The notes under the pieces were generated by a model. It worked only from the letters and a program-made list of their open reading frames with translations. It made no database searches and was not told where the DNA came from. Positions 18,929 through 27,409 of a stretch of 43,266 nucleotides of DNA are shown here, piece after piece. This DNA comes from Methanobacteriota archaeon (GTDB lineage Archaea; Hydrothermarchaeota; Hydrothermarchaeia; Hydrothermarchaeales; JACRDW01): contig JBDRDL010000088.1 in the NCBI GenBank assembly GCA_043820925.1, positions 1 through 43,266 of the forward strand. The letters run 5' to 3'. A program made the translations under genes and the position numbers. Numbering within the stretch: position 1 is the stretch's first letter; each line of letters opens with the position of its first letter.

Positions 18929-20296
18929 GTGGAAGTGGGCATTTTACACACATTCGAGCCGTTTTTGACCCGACTGCCTGAGGTTGAGAGACCAAAGTAT
19001 GCACTGACTTTTAAGGAGAAGATGAAGTGGGTCGGTTTAGTTCTGCTCCTCTTTTTTCTTCTCAATGAAATAGCTTTGTATGGCTTGGATCCAAATGCGG
19101 TCGATTATTTTGCAAATTTGAGAGCCATAATCGCAGGCAGCTTCGGCTCCATAATATCTCTCGGAATTGGACCCATAGTAACAGCCTCAATCATCCTCCA
19201 GATTATGGTTGGCGGCAAGCTGATAGATTTAGATTTATCCCAGCCGAGGGACAAAATGATATTCATGGGGGCTCAAAAAACCCTGGCGATAGGCTTTACG
19301 ATTTTCGAGGCAGCGATTATGGTGCTGATGGGAGCCTTGCCGGCGATTAACAATGACCCCTATCTGCAATTTTTAATCATTGCCCAGCTTACCCTTGGCG
19401 GCTTGCTTATAATATATTTAGACGAAGTAGTCTCAAAATGGGGCATTGGAAGCGGGATAGGTTTATTCATAGTAGCAGGAGTATGCGCAGAGATTGTGAT
19501 AGGCTCGCTGAATCCATTTCCGGCTATGAAGGGTGAAGTAGTGCCTGCAGGTATAATTCCGAAGTTCATTTACTTGTTGGCCAACGGTCAGGCAAGGGGA
19601 GATTTATTAGTGCCAATTGCGGGGCTGCTCGCAGTTTTTGCAATCGTCGTTTACGTTTCCAGCGTTAGAGTAGAGATACCTCTTACTTACGGCAGATTTA
19701 GAGGTGCAAGGGGCAGGTATCCTATTAAATTCGTCTATGCGAGCGTCATTCCTGTCATATTTGCGAGCATTCTCATGGCAAACGTGCAGCTCTGGGCGAG
19801 GATGCTTGACGCATGGGGGTACTCCTGGCTCGGGCAGTTCGCTGGAAACCGACCAATAAGCGGGATAGCATTCTATATGCAGAGGCATCATCCAATCTAC
19901 AGCCCGGATTTTGATGTGTTTGCAGCGCTCGTATATACTGTTACAATGGTCGTGCTTGCGATGCTTTTCTCAAAATTCTGGGTTGAGACTACTGGCATGG
20001 ATTCAAAGACGGTTGCGAGAAAGCTTCAGCAGAGCGGTATGGCGATACCTGGATTCAGAGGAGATATAAGGATAACTGAAAGAATTCTGGAGCGCTACAT
20101 ACCTGCGATTACGCTGCTCGGCGGAGCTTCCGTTGGTTTGCTTGCAGCATTTGGAGACATGACCGGGGCTCTCGGCGGGGGAACTGGAGTTTTGCTTACA
20201 GTAGGTATTGTTTACCAGCTTTATGAGCAAATTGCAAAAGAGCAAATTTTTGAGATACACCCAATGCTCAGAAAGGTTGTTGGTGATTTGGTATGA
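18929..20296 (+). CDS. secY: Preprotein translocase SecY
   Basis: LGIGPIVTASIILQ, KWGIGSGI, IPGFR; multiple TM segments. Confidence 0.97.
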   Translation: MEVGILHTFEPFLTRLPEVERPKYALTFKEKMKWVGLVLLLFFLLNEIALYGLDPNAVDYFANLRAIIAGSFGSIISLGIGPIVTASIILQIMVGGKLIDLDLSQPRDKMIFMGAQKTLAIGFTIFEAAIMVLMGALPAINNDPYLQFLIIAQLTLGGLLIIYLDEVVSKWGIGSGIGLFIVAGVCAEIVIGSLNPFPAMKGEVVPAGIIPKFIYLLANGQARGDLLVPIAGLLAVFAIVVYVSSVRVEIPLTYGRFRGARGRYPIKFVYASVIPVIFASILMANVQLWARMLDAWGYSWLGQFAGNRPISGIAFYMQRHHPIYSPDFDVFAALVYTVTMVVLAMLFSKFWVETTGMDSKTVARKLQQSGMAIPGFRGDIRITERILERYIPAITLLGGASVGLLAAFGDMTGALGGGTGVLLTVGIVYQLYEQIAKEQIFEIHPMLRKVVGDLV

Positions 20297-20811
20297 TTGA
20301 GTTTTTATACGGCATAATGGATGCTACGCTCGGAATCTTTTTCAATTTGTCAGGAAATGCGAAATTTAATTTAATTTTCGGAGTTTTTGTAATCTCTGCT
20401 ATAGTGTCTGCAATTATTGTTTTAATTACAGCAAGAGTCGTTGACCAAAAGGAGATGAAAGAGTTAAAAGCAAAGATGGTAAAATACCAGGAGAAAATCA
20501 AGGAAGCGCAGCAGAAAAAAGATTTGAAGCAGGTCAGCAGGCTCCAGAAGGAAATGATGCGAGACCAGGGCGCCATAATGTCCAAATCTTTTAAGCCGAT
20601 GCTCTATACGATGATTCCAATAATTTTGATATTCACCTGGCTCAGTCGAAAGATACCGAACGGTCCAAACGACTATATCCTGACCATGCCATTCAGTTTC
20701 ATGAAAGCTGGCGAGCCGAATATCGCTCTGGGCTGGCTGGGCTGGTATATACTCTGCTCGTTTCCAATTTCCACATTAATAAAAAAAATATTCAATATAG
20801 AAGGACCCTAA
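20293..20811 (+). CDS. DUF106 / EMC3-TMCO1 (Oxa1 superfamily) membrane protein
   Basis: TM, coiled coil, FKPMLYT, WLGWYILCS; conserved position after secY. Confidence 0.88.
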   Translation: MIEFLYGIMDATLGIFFNLSGNAKFNLIFGVFVISAIVSAIIVLITARVVDQKEMKELKAKMVKYQEKIKEAQQKKDLKQVSRLQKEMMRDQGAIMSKSFKPMLYTMIPIILIFTWLSRKIPNGPNDYILTMPFSFMKAGEPNIALGWLGWYILCSFPISTLIKKIFNIEGP

Positions 20812-21073
20812 CTCAGCACTTCGCAGCCAAGCTTTTCGCAAGAGGCTAATCGAATGGCTGCTTGTGCCGAGACCCATTGGGTCAAGACACGACGAGAAAC
20901 GAGAGTCTCGGCAGAGGAGCACTCGTTCAGAATGAACGAAGGCATGAGCGACTCTCGTGCCCTCGCTCTTTCAGAGCGAATGCGAGGAGTGAAATGACGA
21001 GCGACGAATGCTCTTCCACGAGGAAGATGGGATACATGCCAGCTTCCTATCGGAATTGAGAGGTGGATTGAAA
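20812..21073. repeat. Nested composite element: B (minus, 20812-20875) + A (20882-21071) containing B (plus, 20903-21061) containing C (20918-20983)
   Basis: Shared termini CTCAGCAC/GTGCCGAGACCC, GGGTCAAGACAC/GTGGATTGA, GAGTCTCGGCA. Confidence 0.85.
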
Positions 21074-21592
21074 ATGATAATTACAGTCGGCGGTTTGATT
21101 GGAAGCGGCAAAACAACAGTAGTCAAAGCGCTTGCAAAAAAATTTAAGTTAAAGCATGTTTCTGCCGGAGAAGTTTTCCGCAGCATGGCAGAGGAGAGGG
21201 GTCTCAGTTTGGAAGAACTTACAAAGCTTGCCGAGAAGAATTATGATTTGGACAAGGAAGTTGACGAGAAGCAGAAAAAACTCGCAGCCAGCAATGCAAT
21301 TGTCGACGGTCGCCTGAGCGGCTGGCTGATTGATGCTGATTTAAAAATATGGCTCAGGGCACCGCTCGAAGTCAGAGCTAAAAGAGTTGCAAAGAGAGAG
21401 AACAAGAGTTTCAAACAAGCGCTCAAGGAGACCAAGCGCAGAGAAGAAAGCGAAGCAAAGAGATACAGAGAAATTTATAAAATAGATATTGCTGATATGT
21501 CTCCTTACAATGCTGTTATAGACACGAGCTTGTGGAGTGCAGAAGAAGTAATAAGCATAATAGAAAAGATGGTTTCTTTGATGAGGAAATAG
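21074..21592 (+). CDS. cmk: Cytidylate kinase (archaeal type)
   Basis: MIITVGGLIGSGKTT P-loop, DGRLSGW, RYREIYKIDI. Confidence 0.93.
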   Translation: MIITVGGLIGSGKTTVVKALAKKFKLKHVSAGEVFRSMAEERGLSLEELTKLAEKNYDLDKEVDEKQKKLAASNAIVDGRLSGWLIDADLKIWLRAPLEVRAKRVAKRENKSFKQALKETKRREESEAKRYREIYKIDIADMSPYNAVIDTSLWSAEEVISIIEKMVSLMRK

Positions 21593-21605
21593 TGAGGTGA
21601 TTTGA

Positions 21606-21965
21606 ATGGAAATAGGAACTGTATGCACTAAACTAGCAGGCAGAGAAACTGGGGAGAAAGTTGTCGTCATAGATAACATTGACAAAAATTTCGTAGTAAT
21701 TGCAGGTCCGAACGTCAAGAGGAGAAGGTGCAATTTAAGGCATTTGAAACCATTGGAAAAATCGCTTGATATAAAGCAGGGAGCCAGCGCTGAAGAAGTA
21801 AACAAAGCATTAAGAGCAGCTTTTCCAGAAGAAGCTAAACCAGCACCGCCGAAGAAAGTTGAAAAACCTGCCCCGAAAGTGGGAATGCCGGCGCCCAAAG
21901 AAAAGAAGCCAAAAGAAAAAGCGGCAAAGGTTCCTAAGAAAAAGGCAAGGAAAGAAGGCAAGTAA
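21606..21965 (+). CDS. rpl14e: 50S ribosomal protein L14e
   Basis: KLAGRETG, VKRRRCNLRHL; K/P/A-rich tail. Confidence 0.92.
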   Translation: MEIGTVCTKLAGRETGEKVVVIDNIDKNFVVIAGPNVKRRRCNLRHLKPLEKSLDIKQGASAEEVNKALRAAFPEEAKPAPPKKVEKPAPKVGMPAPKEKKPKEKAAKVPKKKARKEGK

Positions 21966-21970
21966 CACCT

Positions 21971-22975
21971 ATGGGCAAGCTTCCTTTTGAAGTGGAAAGA
22001 AAATTGGTTGTTAAGAGCAAAGCTTATACTGACCCGAAGTTTAGTAAGGCTCCGGAGCAGCGCAGTATGGAAGAGCACCTGCGCTATGGAGTTATAAATC
22101 TTGACAAGCCTCGAGGTCCAACCTCGCACGAAGTAGTTGCATGGGTAAAACAGATATTAAACCTCGATAAAGCAGGGCACGCCGGTACGCTTGACCCAAG
22201 GGTAAGCGGAGTTTTGCCAGTCGCTCTCGGAGAGGCTACTAAAATAATTCGGGCGCTTCTGCTTGCCGGAAAGGAATATGTTTGCGTGATGCGCCTGCAC
22301 GAGGAGCTTGAGAGAAAAAAAATAATCGAGGCATGCAGGGAATTTGTCGGAGAGATTTTTCAGAGACCACCTGTTAAAAGTGCAGTAAAAAGAGAGCTCA
22401 GAACGAGGAGAATTTACTATCTTGACGTTCTTGAGATTCAGGGCAGGGATGTGTTGTTCAAAGTTGGCTGCGAGGCTGGCACTTACATAAGGAAGCTCTG
22501 CCATGACATAGGCGAGGTTTTAGGCTGCGGAGCGCACATGTTCGAGTTGAGAAGAATTAAGAGCGGCTCATTTACAGAGCAAAACGCAGTTTTACTGCAC
22601 GACGTTATAGATGCGTATCAGTTCTGGAAAGAGAACGGGAAGGAAGAGCTTCTTAGAAGCATTGTTCTGCCGGCTGAGAAAGCAGTAGAGCACCTGCCTA
22701 AGATATTCGCAAGAGACAGTGCGATAGATGCCGTTTGCCACGGCGCAGATTTGGCGCTTCCTGGAGTCAGCAAGATAGACGCAGAGATAAATGCAAATGA
22801 CTTGGTAGCGATACTCGCACTGAAAGAAGAGCTAGTTGCAATAGGCGAGGCAAAAATGGACACAAAAACTATGCTGATTGAGAATTCGGGCATAGCTGTC
22901 AAGACTAAAAGAGTGGTAATGAAGCCCGGTACGTATCCAAAGGGATGGAAGACAAAGAGCAGTTTGCCGGGGTAG
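21971..22975 (+). CDS. cbf5: H/ACA RNA-guided pseudouridine synthase Cbf5 (TruB family)
   Basis: LDKPRGPTSHEV, GHAGTLDP, GTYIRKLC, PUA domain. Confidence 0.96.
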   Translation: MGKLPFEVERKLVVKSKAYTDPKFSKAPEQRSMEEHLRYGVINLDKPRGPTSHEVVAWVKQILNLDKAGHAGTLDPRVSGVLPVALGEATKIIRALLLAGKEYVCVMRLHEELERKKIIEACREFVGEIFQRPPVKSAVKRELRTRRIYYLDVLEIQGRDVLFKVGCEAGTYIRKLCHDIGEVLGCGAHMFELRRIKSGSFTEQNAVLLHDVIDAYQFWKENGKEELLRSIVLPAEKAVEHLPKIFARDSAIDAVCHGADLALPGVSKIDAEINANDLVAILALKEELVAIGEAKMDTKTMLIENSGIAVKTKRVVMKPGTYPKGWKTKSSLPG

Positions 22976-23051
22976 CCTAGCCCGGTAAGGCGGCAGACTT
23001 GAGATCTGTTTCTCTGAAAGGAGATCAGGGGTTCAAATCCTCTCCCCGGCG
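22966..23051 (+). tRNA. tRNA-Ser(TGA)
   Basis: Acceptor GCCGGGG/CCCCGGC-G, anticodon arm GCAGA-CT-TGA-GA-TCTGT, long variable arm, GGTTCAAATCC. Confidence 0.95.
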
Positions 23052-23128
23052 TTTTACTACTGGGAAATTTTACAAAAAGTGAGTACGAAGTTAGGTTAGA
23101 GTGGTGAATATCATTCGGAGGAATAGAT

Positions 23129-23653
23129 TTGGCTGAAAAACCAGCAGAAGAATTCAGGTACATAGTCAGGATAGGCGGTACAGATATAGACGGTAAGAAG
23201 AAGATACCCTATGGGTTAAGTAAAATCAGGGGAATTGGCATAAGAATTGGAGAGATAATCTGCAGTCTCGTTGGCATAGATGCAAACAAAAAAGTAGGGT
23301 ATCTAACCGAGGAAGAGGCTAATAAACTGGACGAGGTTGTGAGCAAATTCCAAGAGCAGAAGGTGCCACCTTGGATTTTCAACAGGATGAAAGACTACAC
23401 AACTGGTAAAAATATTCACGTTATTGGCTCTGATTTGGTAATAAATTTGAGGGACGACCTGAACAGGCTTAAGAAAATTAGAAGCTACCGTGGAATAAGG
23501 CACGAACTGGGCTTGCCTGTTAGAGGTCAGAGAACCAGGACGAGTTTCAGGACAGGTACTACGATGGGTGTGAGCAGGAAGAAAGCGATAGAAGCGGCGA
23601 AGGCTGCGGAAAAGGAAGAGAAAGAAAAGAAAAAAGAGGCTAAGGGGAAGTAA
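23129..23653 (+). CDS. rps13: 30S ribosomal protein S13
   Basis: FRYIVRI, YRGIRH, GLPVRGQRT; TTG start. Confidence 0.96.
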   Translation: MAEKPAEEFRYIVRIGGTDIDGKKKIPYGLSKIRGIGIRIGEIICSLVGIDANKKVGYLTEEEANKLDEVVSKFQEQKVPPWIFNRMKDYTTGKNIHVIGSDLVINLRDDLNRLKKIRSYRGIRHELGLPVRGQRTRTSFRTGTTMGVSRKKAIEAAKAAEKEEKEKKKEAKGK

Positions 23654-23655
23654 GC

Positions 23656-24126
23656 ATGGGAGACCCGAGGAGAATCAAGAAAAAGTACCAGAAGCCAAGG
23701 CATCCCTGGCGTGCGGATAGGCTAGAGGAAGAAAAGAAGATTCTCAAAACTTATGGCTTGAAAAATAAAAGAGAGATTTGGAGAGCGGAGACCCTGACAA
23801 GGGGCTTTAGAAGGCAGGCTAGGAAACTGTTTGCACTCAGAACTGAGCAGGCAAAAAAAGAGGAAAGGCAGCTCCTTGACAGGCTAAAAAGGTTAAATCT
23901 TATTAAAGGCGACGCTACTCTTGACGATGTGCTTGCCTTGAAAACCGAAGACATTTTGGGGAGAAGGTTGCAAACCGTGGTATTCAAAAAAGGCTTGGCT
24001 AGAACAGTTAACCAGGCAAGGCAGTTAATAGTCCATGGACACGTTTCTGTTAAGGGAGAAAAAGTTACTGCGCCCGGCTATTTGGTAATTGCCGGCGAGG
24101 AAGATAAGATTCAAGCTGAGGGATGA
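23656..24126 (+). CDS. rps4: 30S ribosomal protein S4
   Basis: [30 protein letters not shown]. Confidence 0.96.
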   Translation: MGDPRRIKKKYQKPRHPWRADRLEEEKKILKTYGLKNKREIWRAETLTRGFRRQARKLFALRTEQAKKEERQLLDRLKRLNLIKGDATLDDVLALKTEDILGRRLQTVVFKKGLARTVNQARQLIVHGHVSVKGEKVTAPGYLVIAGEEDKIQAEG

Positions 24127-24524
24127 GCATGCCGAAGGAAGCGAAATTCTGGGGCGTAGCTCACATATACTCCTCGTTCAACAATACAATTATTCACATA
24201 ACGGACTTAACAGGGGCAGAGACTATATCAAGATGGTCTGGTGGAAGGATTGTAAAATCTGACAGGGAAGAAAGCTCTCCCTATGCTGCGATGCAGGCAG
24301 CGGCGAGAGCTGCGGAAGAGGCTAAGGAGAAGGGCATAATGGGAGTGCACATAAAAGTAAAAGCCCCTGGCGGAAGTGGCTCCAGAACTCCGGGGCAGGG
24401 AGCGCAGCCAGCGATTCGAGCACTGGCGAGAGCAGGTTTAAAAATCGGCAGGATTGAGGATGTAACTCCCATCCCGCACGATGGTACTAAAGCACCTGGT
24501 GGAAAAAGAGGCAGGAGGATGTAG
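24123..24524 (+). CDS. rps11: 30S ribosomal protein S11
   Basis: [27 protein letters not shown]. Confidence 0.97.
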   Translation: MSMPKEAKFWGVAHIYSSFNNTIIHITDLTGAETISRWSGGRIVKSDREESSPYAAMQAAARAAEEAKEKGIMGVHIKVKAPGGSGSRTPGQGAQPAIRALARAGLKIGRIEDVTPIPHDGTKAPGGKRGRRM

Positions 24525-24525
24525 G

Positions 24526-25296
24526 ATGGAAGTCAAAATTCTCGAGAAAGATAAAACTTCGTTGAGTTTGGTTTTAGGCGATGCGGATGCAAGCTTTACA
24601 AATGCGATAAGGAGAGCGATAATTTCAGAAGTTCCAACTTTGGCTATAGAAAATGTCGACTTCCTCGAAAACACCTCCTCGCTCTACGATGAGATGATAG
24701 TGCACAGGTTGGGTTTAATACCTATAAAGACAGACCTTGAGATTTTCAATTTTAGAGAAGAGTGCTCCTGCAAAAATGGCTGCTCGAGGTGCACGCTAAA
24801 ACTTTCTCTGAGCAAGGAAGGTCCCTGCGTCGTTTACTCGCAGGACATAAAATCAGAGGATTCAAAGCTGAAGCCGATTGAAGGCGTGCCGATATTAAAG
24901 CTCGGAAAGAGTCAGAAAATCTCTATAGAAGCAGAGGCAATTCTCGGCACAGGCAAGGAGCATGCGAAGTGGCAGCCTGCGGTCGTATCATATAAATACT
25001 ATCCAGAAATTGAGATAGCAGACAAGTGTGATTTGTGCGGAGAATGCGTTACCGCCTGCCCGAAAGATATATTATCCATAGAAAAAAAGAAAGTTAAAAT
25101 TTCGGACGAGAAGAAGTGCAACTTGTGCAATTCCTGCGTTGAGGCATGCGAGTTGGATGCAATAAAAGTCATAGGAAATGACAGGAAATTCATAATAAAA
25201 ATAGAGTCTACAGGAGCTTTGAAACCTGAAGAAATATTCACCAAATCTTGCGAAATATTGCAGGAGAAAGCTAAAAAACTTAGAGAACTGTTATAG
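24526..25296 (+). CDS. rpoD: RNA polymerase subunit D (Rpo3) with ferredoxin-like insert
   Basis: NAIRRAII, HRLGLIP, HAKWQP, two CxxCxxCxxxC motifs. Confidence 0.96.
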   Translation: MEVKILEKDKTSLSLVLGDADASFTNAIRRAIISEVPTLAIENVDFLENTSSLYDEMIVHRLGLIPIKTDLEIFNFREECSCKNGCSRCTLKLSLSKEGPCVVYSQDIKSEDSKLKPIEGVPILKLGKSQKISIEAEAILGTGKEHAKWQPAVVSYKYYPEIEIADKCDLCGECVTACPKDILSIEKKKVKISDEKKCNLCNSCVEACELDAIKVIGNDRKFIIKIESTGALKPEEIFTKSCEILQEKAKKLRELL

Positions 25297-25338
25297 CAGC
25301 GATAGCTGGGCGCAAGGCTCACGCTCTTGCTTACGCAA

Positions 25339-25424
25339 GCGGGGGTGGCCGAGTCTGGTCAAAGGCGCAAGATTGAGGGTCTTGTTCCTCAGTGGATTCG
25401 AGGGTTCAAATCCCTTCCCCCGCA
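25339..25424 (+). tRNA. tRNA-Leu(GAG)
   Basis: GCGGGGG/CCCCCGC-A acceptor, CAAGA-TT-GAG-GG-TCTTG, long variable arm. Confidence 0.95.
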
Positions 25425-25542
25425 TAACCCCTTTTCTTTGAGAAAGAAAAGGTGCTATCACCCCCAAAAGAAACTATGTGCTATTGAACGAAGTGAAATA
25501 GCACGACGTATGACGATCAAACCTTCTGAGGTTTGGATTCAA
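25425..25542 (+). repeat. Type-E multi-hairpin element after tRNA-Leu
   Basis: Homologous to 27243-27397. Contains GTGCTATT-GA-AC-GAA-GT-GA-AATAGCAC and ends GGATTCAA-ATG. Confidence 0.8.
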
Positions 25543-25905
25543 ATGAAGAAAAGTAAATCAACAAATCCAGTATTGCTTGGGTTAATTGAAGAGCTGAAGA
25601 AGAAGGCTCATGCAGAGGATGCTCCAATCTGGCGCAGCTTAGCAAAGAGTCTGACGGGCTCTTCCTCTAGAAAAGCGCAAGTAAATATCAGCAGAATAGC
25701 GAGATATACCGAGAAGGGCGATGTCGTAGCAGTGCCCGGAAAAGTGCTTGGAGCAGGCACAATTGCGTACCCAGTTACAGTAGCTGCATTCAATTTCTCA
25801 AAGCAAGCAAGGGAGAAAATTTTATCAGCAGGCGGGCGGTGCATCTCTCTCAGAGATTTAACGAGCGAATTTCCAAAAGGTTCTAACGTTAAAATAATAA
25901 AGTGA
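25543..25905 (+). CDS. rpl18e: 50S ribosomal protein L18e
   Basis: KSTNP, VNISRI, VPGKVLG; ATG at 25543. Confidence 0.95.
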   Translation: MKKSKSTNPVLLGLIEELKKKAHAEDAPIWRSLAKSLTGSSSRKAQVNISRIARYTEKGDVVAVPGKVLGAGTIAYPVTVAAFNFSKQAREKILSAGGRCISLRDLTSEFPKGSNVKIIK

Positions 25906-25910
25906 TTTCC

Positions 25911-26339
25911 ATGATTATAGATGCTAGGAATTTAATAGTCGGAAGGATGGCGAGCATTGCGGCAAAGGAATTGCTGAAGGGCGAGAAAGTAATTATAGTT
26001 AATGCCGAGGAAAGTATCATATCTGGTTCGAAGTCGAACATACTTGAGAAGTACAGAGAAAGGAGGGAAAGAAAAAGCATAGTAAATCCTGCGAGGCACG
26101 GACCCTTCTTTCCAAGGAGACCTGAAGGAATAGTCAGAAGGGCAGTGAGGGGAATGCTTCCGTACAAGAAAGCTAAGGGAAAGAATGCATTTAAAAGCCT
26201 GAAAGTATATGCAGGAATACCAAAAGAATTGGAAGGAAAAGAAATGGAAACAATTGAAGTCGCAAATGCTTCAAAGCTCAGAGTTCCAAAATATATAAAA
26301 CTCAAAGAACTTTGTAATTTATTAGGTGCAAAATTTTAG
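25911..26339 (+). CDS. rpl13: 50S ribosomal protein L13
   Basis: [19 protein letters not shown]. Confidence 0.95.
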   Translation: MIIDARNLIVGRMASIAAKELLKGEKVIIVNAEESIISGSKSNILEKYRERRERKSIVNPARHGPFFPRRPEGIVRRAVRGMLPYKKAKGKNAFKSLKVYAGIPKELEGKEMETIEVANASKLRVPKYIKLKELCNLLGAKF

Positions 26340-26347
26340 GTGTTCAA

Positions 26348-26755
26348 ATGCCGCAGACTAAGCCTGTACAAACTTATGGAAAGAGAAAGACAGCTATAGC
26401 AAGAGCTATTATAGTAGGAGGGAATGGAAGGATTAGAATAAACAAGAGACCTCTGGAAGTAATAGAGCCAGAGATGGCGAGGGTGAAAATGATGGAGCCT
26501 CTTGCCTTGGCTGGCGACTTGGCAAATAAAGTTGATATCGAAGTAAATGTGAGCGGCGGTGGAGTGATGGGACAGGCTGAGGCGGTGAGAACTGCTATCG
26601 GCAGAGGATTGGTCGAGTTCGCTGGAGACTTAAAACTCAGGGATTTATTCTTAGAGTACGATAGAACTATAGTAAAGGGCGACGCAAGAAGGAAAGAAAC
26701 CAAGAAGTATGGCGGACACGGAGCGAGAGCAAAGCGGCAGAAGTCGTACAGGTAG
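26348..26755 (+). CDS. rps9: 30S ribosomal protein S9
   Basis: [28 protein letters not shown]. Confidence 0.97.
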   Translation: MPQTKPVQTYGKRKTAIARAIIVGGNGRIRINKRPLEVIEPEMARVKMMEPLALAGDLANKVDIEVNVSGGGVMGQAEAVRTAIGRGLVEFAGDLKLRDLFLEYDRTIVKGDARRKETKKYGGHGARAKRQKSYR

Positions 26756-26760
26756 CGTTG

Positions 26761-26957
26761 AAAATGAGCCCTTTTAAAAAAAGCCCTCGGGTGAAGACAC
26801 GAGGAGAAATGAAGGGTCTCGGCACGAGCTAGCATTCGTTCTGCAAGAACGAGAGCATGAGCGACACTCATGCCCTCGCTCCCTCGGAGCGAATGCATTC
26901 GTTTCGGTAAACGTGAAAAGCTTGCTAGCGAAGTACTGAGAGGTGGATTCAAAATGA
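26761..26957 (+). repeat. Nested composite element: T/A-tract module + A (26792-26951) containing B (26814-26941) containing C (26831-26896)
   Basis: GGGTGAAGACAC...GTGGATTCA encloses GGGTCTCGGCAC...GTACTGAGA; AAAATGA at both ends. Confidence 0.85.
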
Positions 26958-27154
26958 TAGTTCCGGTACGTTGTTTCAGCTGCGGAAGTGTGATAGCTGA
27001 TAAGTATGAGCAGTTTAGGAAGAGGGTAGAGACGGAAGATCCAAAGGAGGTGCTGGATTCTCTGGGCGTTAGCAGATACTGCTGCAGGAGGATGATTTTA
27101 AGCCAGATAGACTTCATAGACGAGGTTATCAAATTCGAGGAAAAGGGGCCGTAG
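26954..27154 (+). CDS. rpoN: RNA polymerase subunit N (Rpo10)
   Basis: [18 protein letters not shown]. Confidence 0.96.
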   Translation: MIVPVRCFSCGSVIADKYEQFRKRVETEDPKEVLDSLGVSRYCCRRMILSQIDFIDEVIKFEEKGP

Positions 27155-27242
27155 GGTAGCCTGGTCCATCCTCCCAGCTTGGGGTCAACCTTTTGCTTCA
27201 GCCAAAATGCTGGTGACCTGAGTTCAAATCTCGGCGGCCCCA
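27145..27242 (+). tRNA. tRNA-Pro(GGG) with a 23-nt intron (27185-27207) at position 37/38
   Basis: GGGGCCG/CGGCCCC-A acceptor, CCAGC-TT-GGG-G[intron]T-GCTGG; TTGG/CCAA central helix of a BHB motif. Confidence 0.9.
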
Positions 27243-27397
27243 TAGCCCCTTCTTTAGAAAAGAAAGGTCTATCACACTACTTCTTAAAAAGAAGTAGCAA
27301 GAAACGGTTCTCACTAGCTTCGCTAGCGAACCAAAGAAACTATGTGCTATCGGAGTGAAACGGAGATAGCAATGATGGTCAACCTTTCTGAAGGTTG
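27243..27397 (+). repeat. Type-E multi-hairpin element after tRNA-Pro
   Basis: Shares CCCCTT..CTTT..AAAGAAAGGT.CTATCAC, CCAAAGAAACTATGTGCTAT and ATGA.G.TCAA.CTT with 25425-25542. Confidence 0.8.
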
Positions 27398-27409
27398 CGA
27401 GGTGACTGC

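Noticed and set aside
20862..21059. 65-aa ORF, and its MPASYRN tail as an rpl34e remnant
   Set aside because: It lies wholly within the nested repeat and the similarity is too short. The ORF at 11651-11845 and the 5' extension 26870-26953 are likewise repeat-derived.
22090..22160. Intron in cbf5, as known in some Crenarchaeota
   Set aside because: The reading frame is continuous through GPTSHEV and GTLDP.
25010..25170. Ferredoxin-like motifs in RpoD as a novelty
   Set aside because: A known feature of many archaeal Rpo3 subunits.
25327..25542. Long N-terminal extension of L18e in the ORF track
   Set aside because: It runs through tRNA-Leu and the type-E repeat; the likely start is 25543.
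6936..26951. Type-A elements as BHB-type mRNA introns
   Set aside because: The 4-bp TSAA/TTSA helix is flanked by symmetric GA/GA loops, not two 3-nt bulges, and most copies are intergenic. Other removal mechanisms are not excluded.
26374..27243. 289-aa minus-strand ORF and other antisense ORFs (e.g. 16781-17422, 21341-22129)
   Set aside because: Shadow frames of conserved plus-strand genes and tRNAs with no recognisable motifs.
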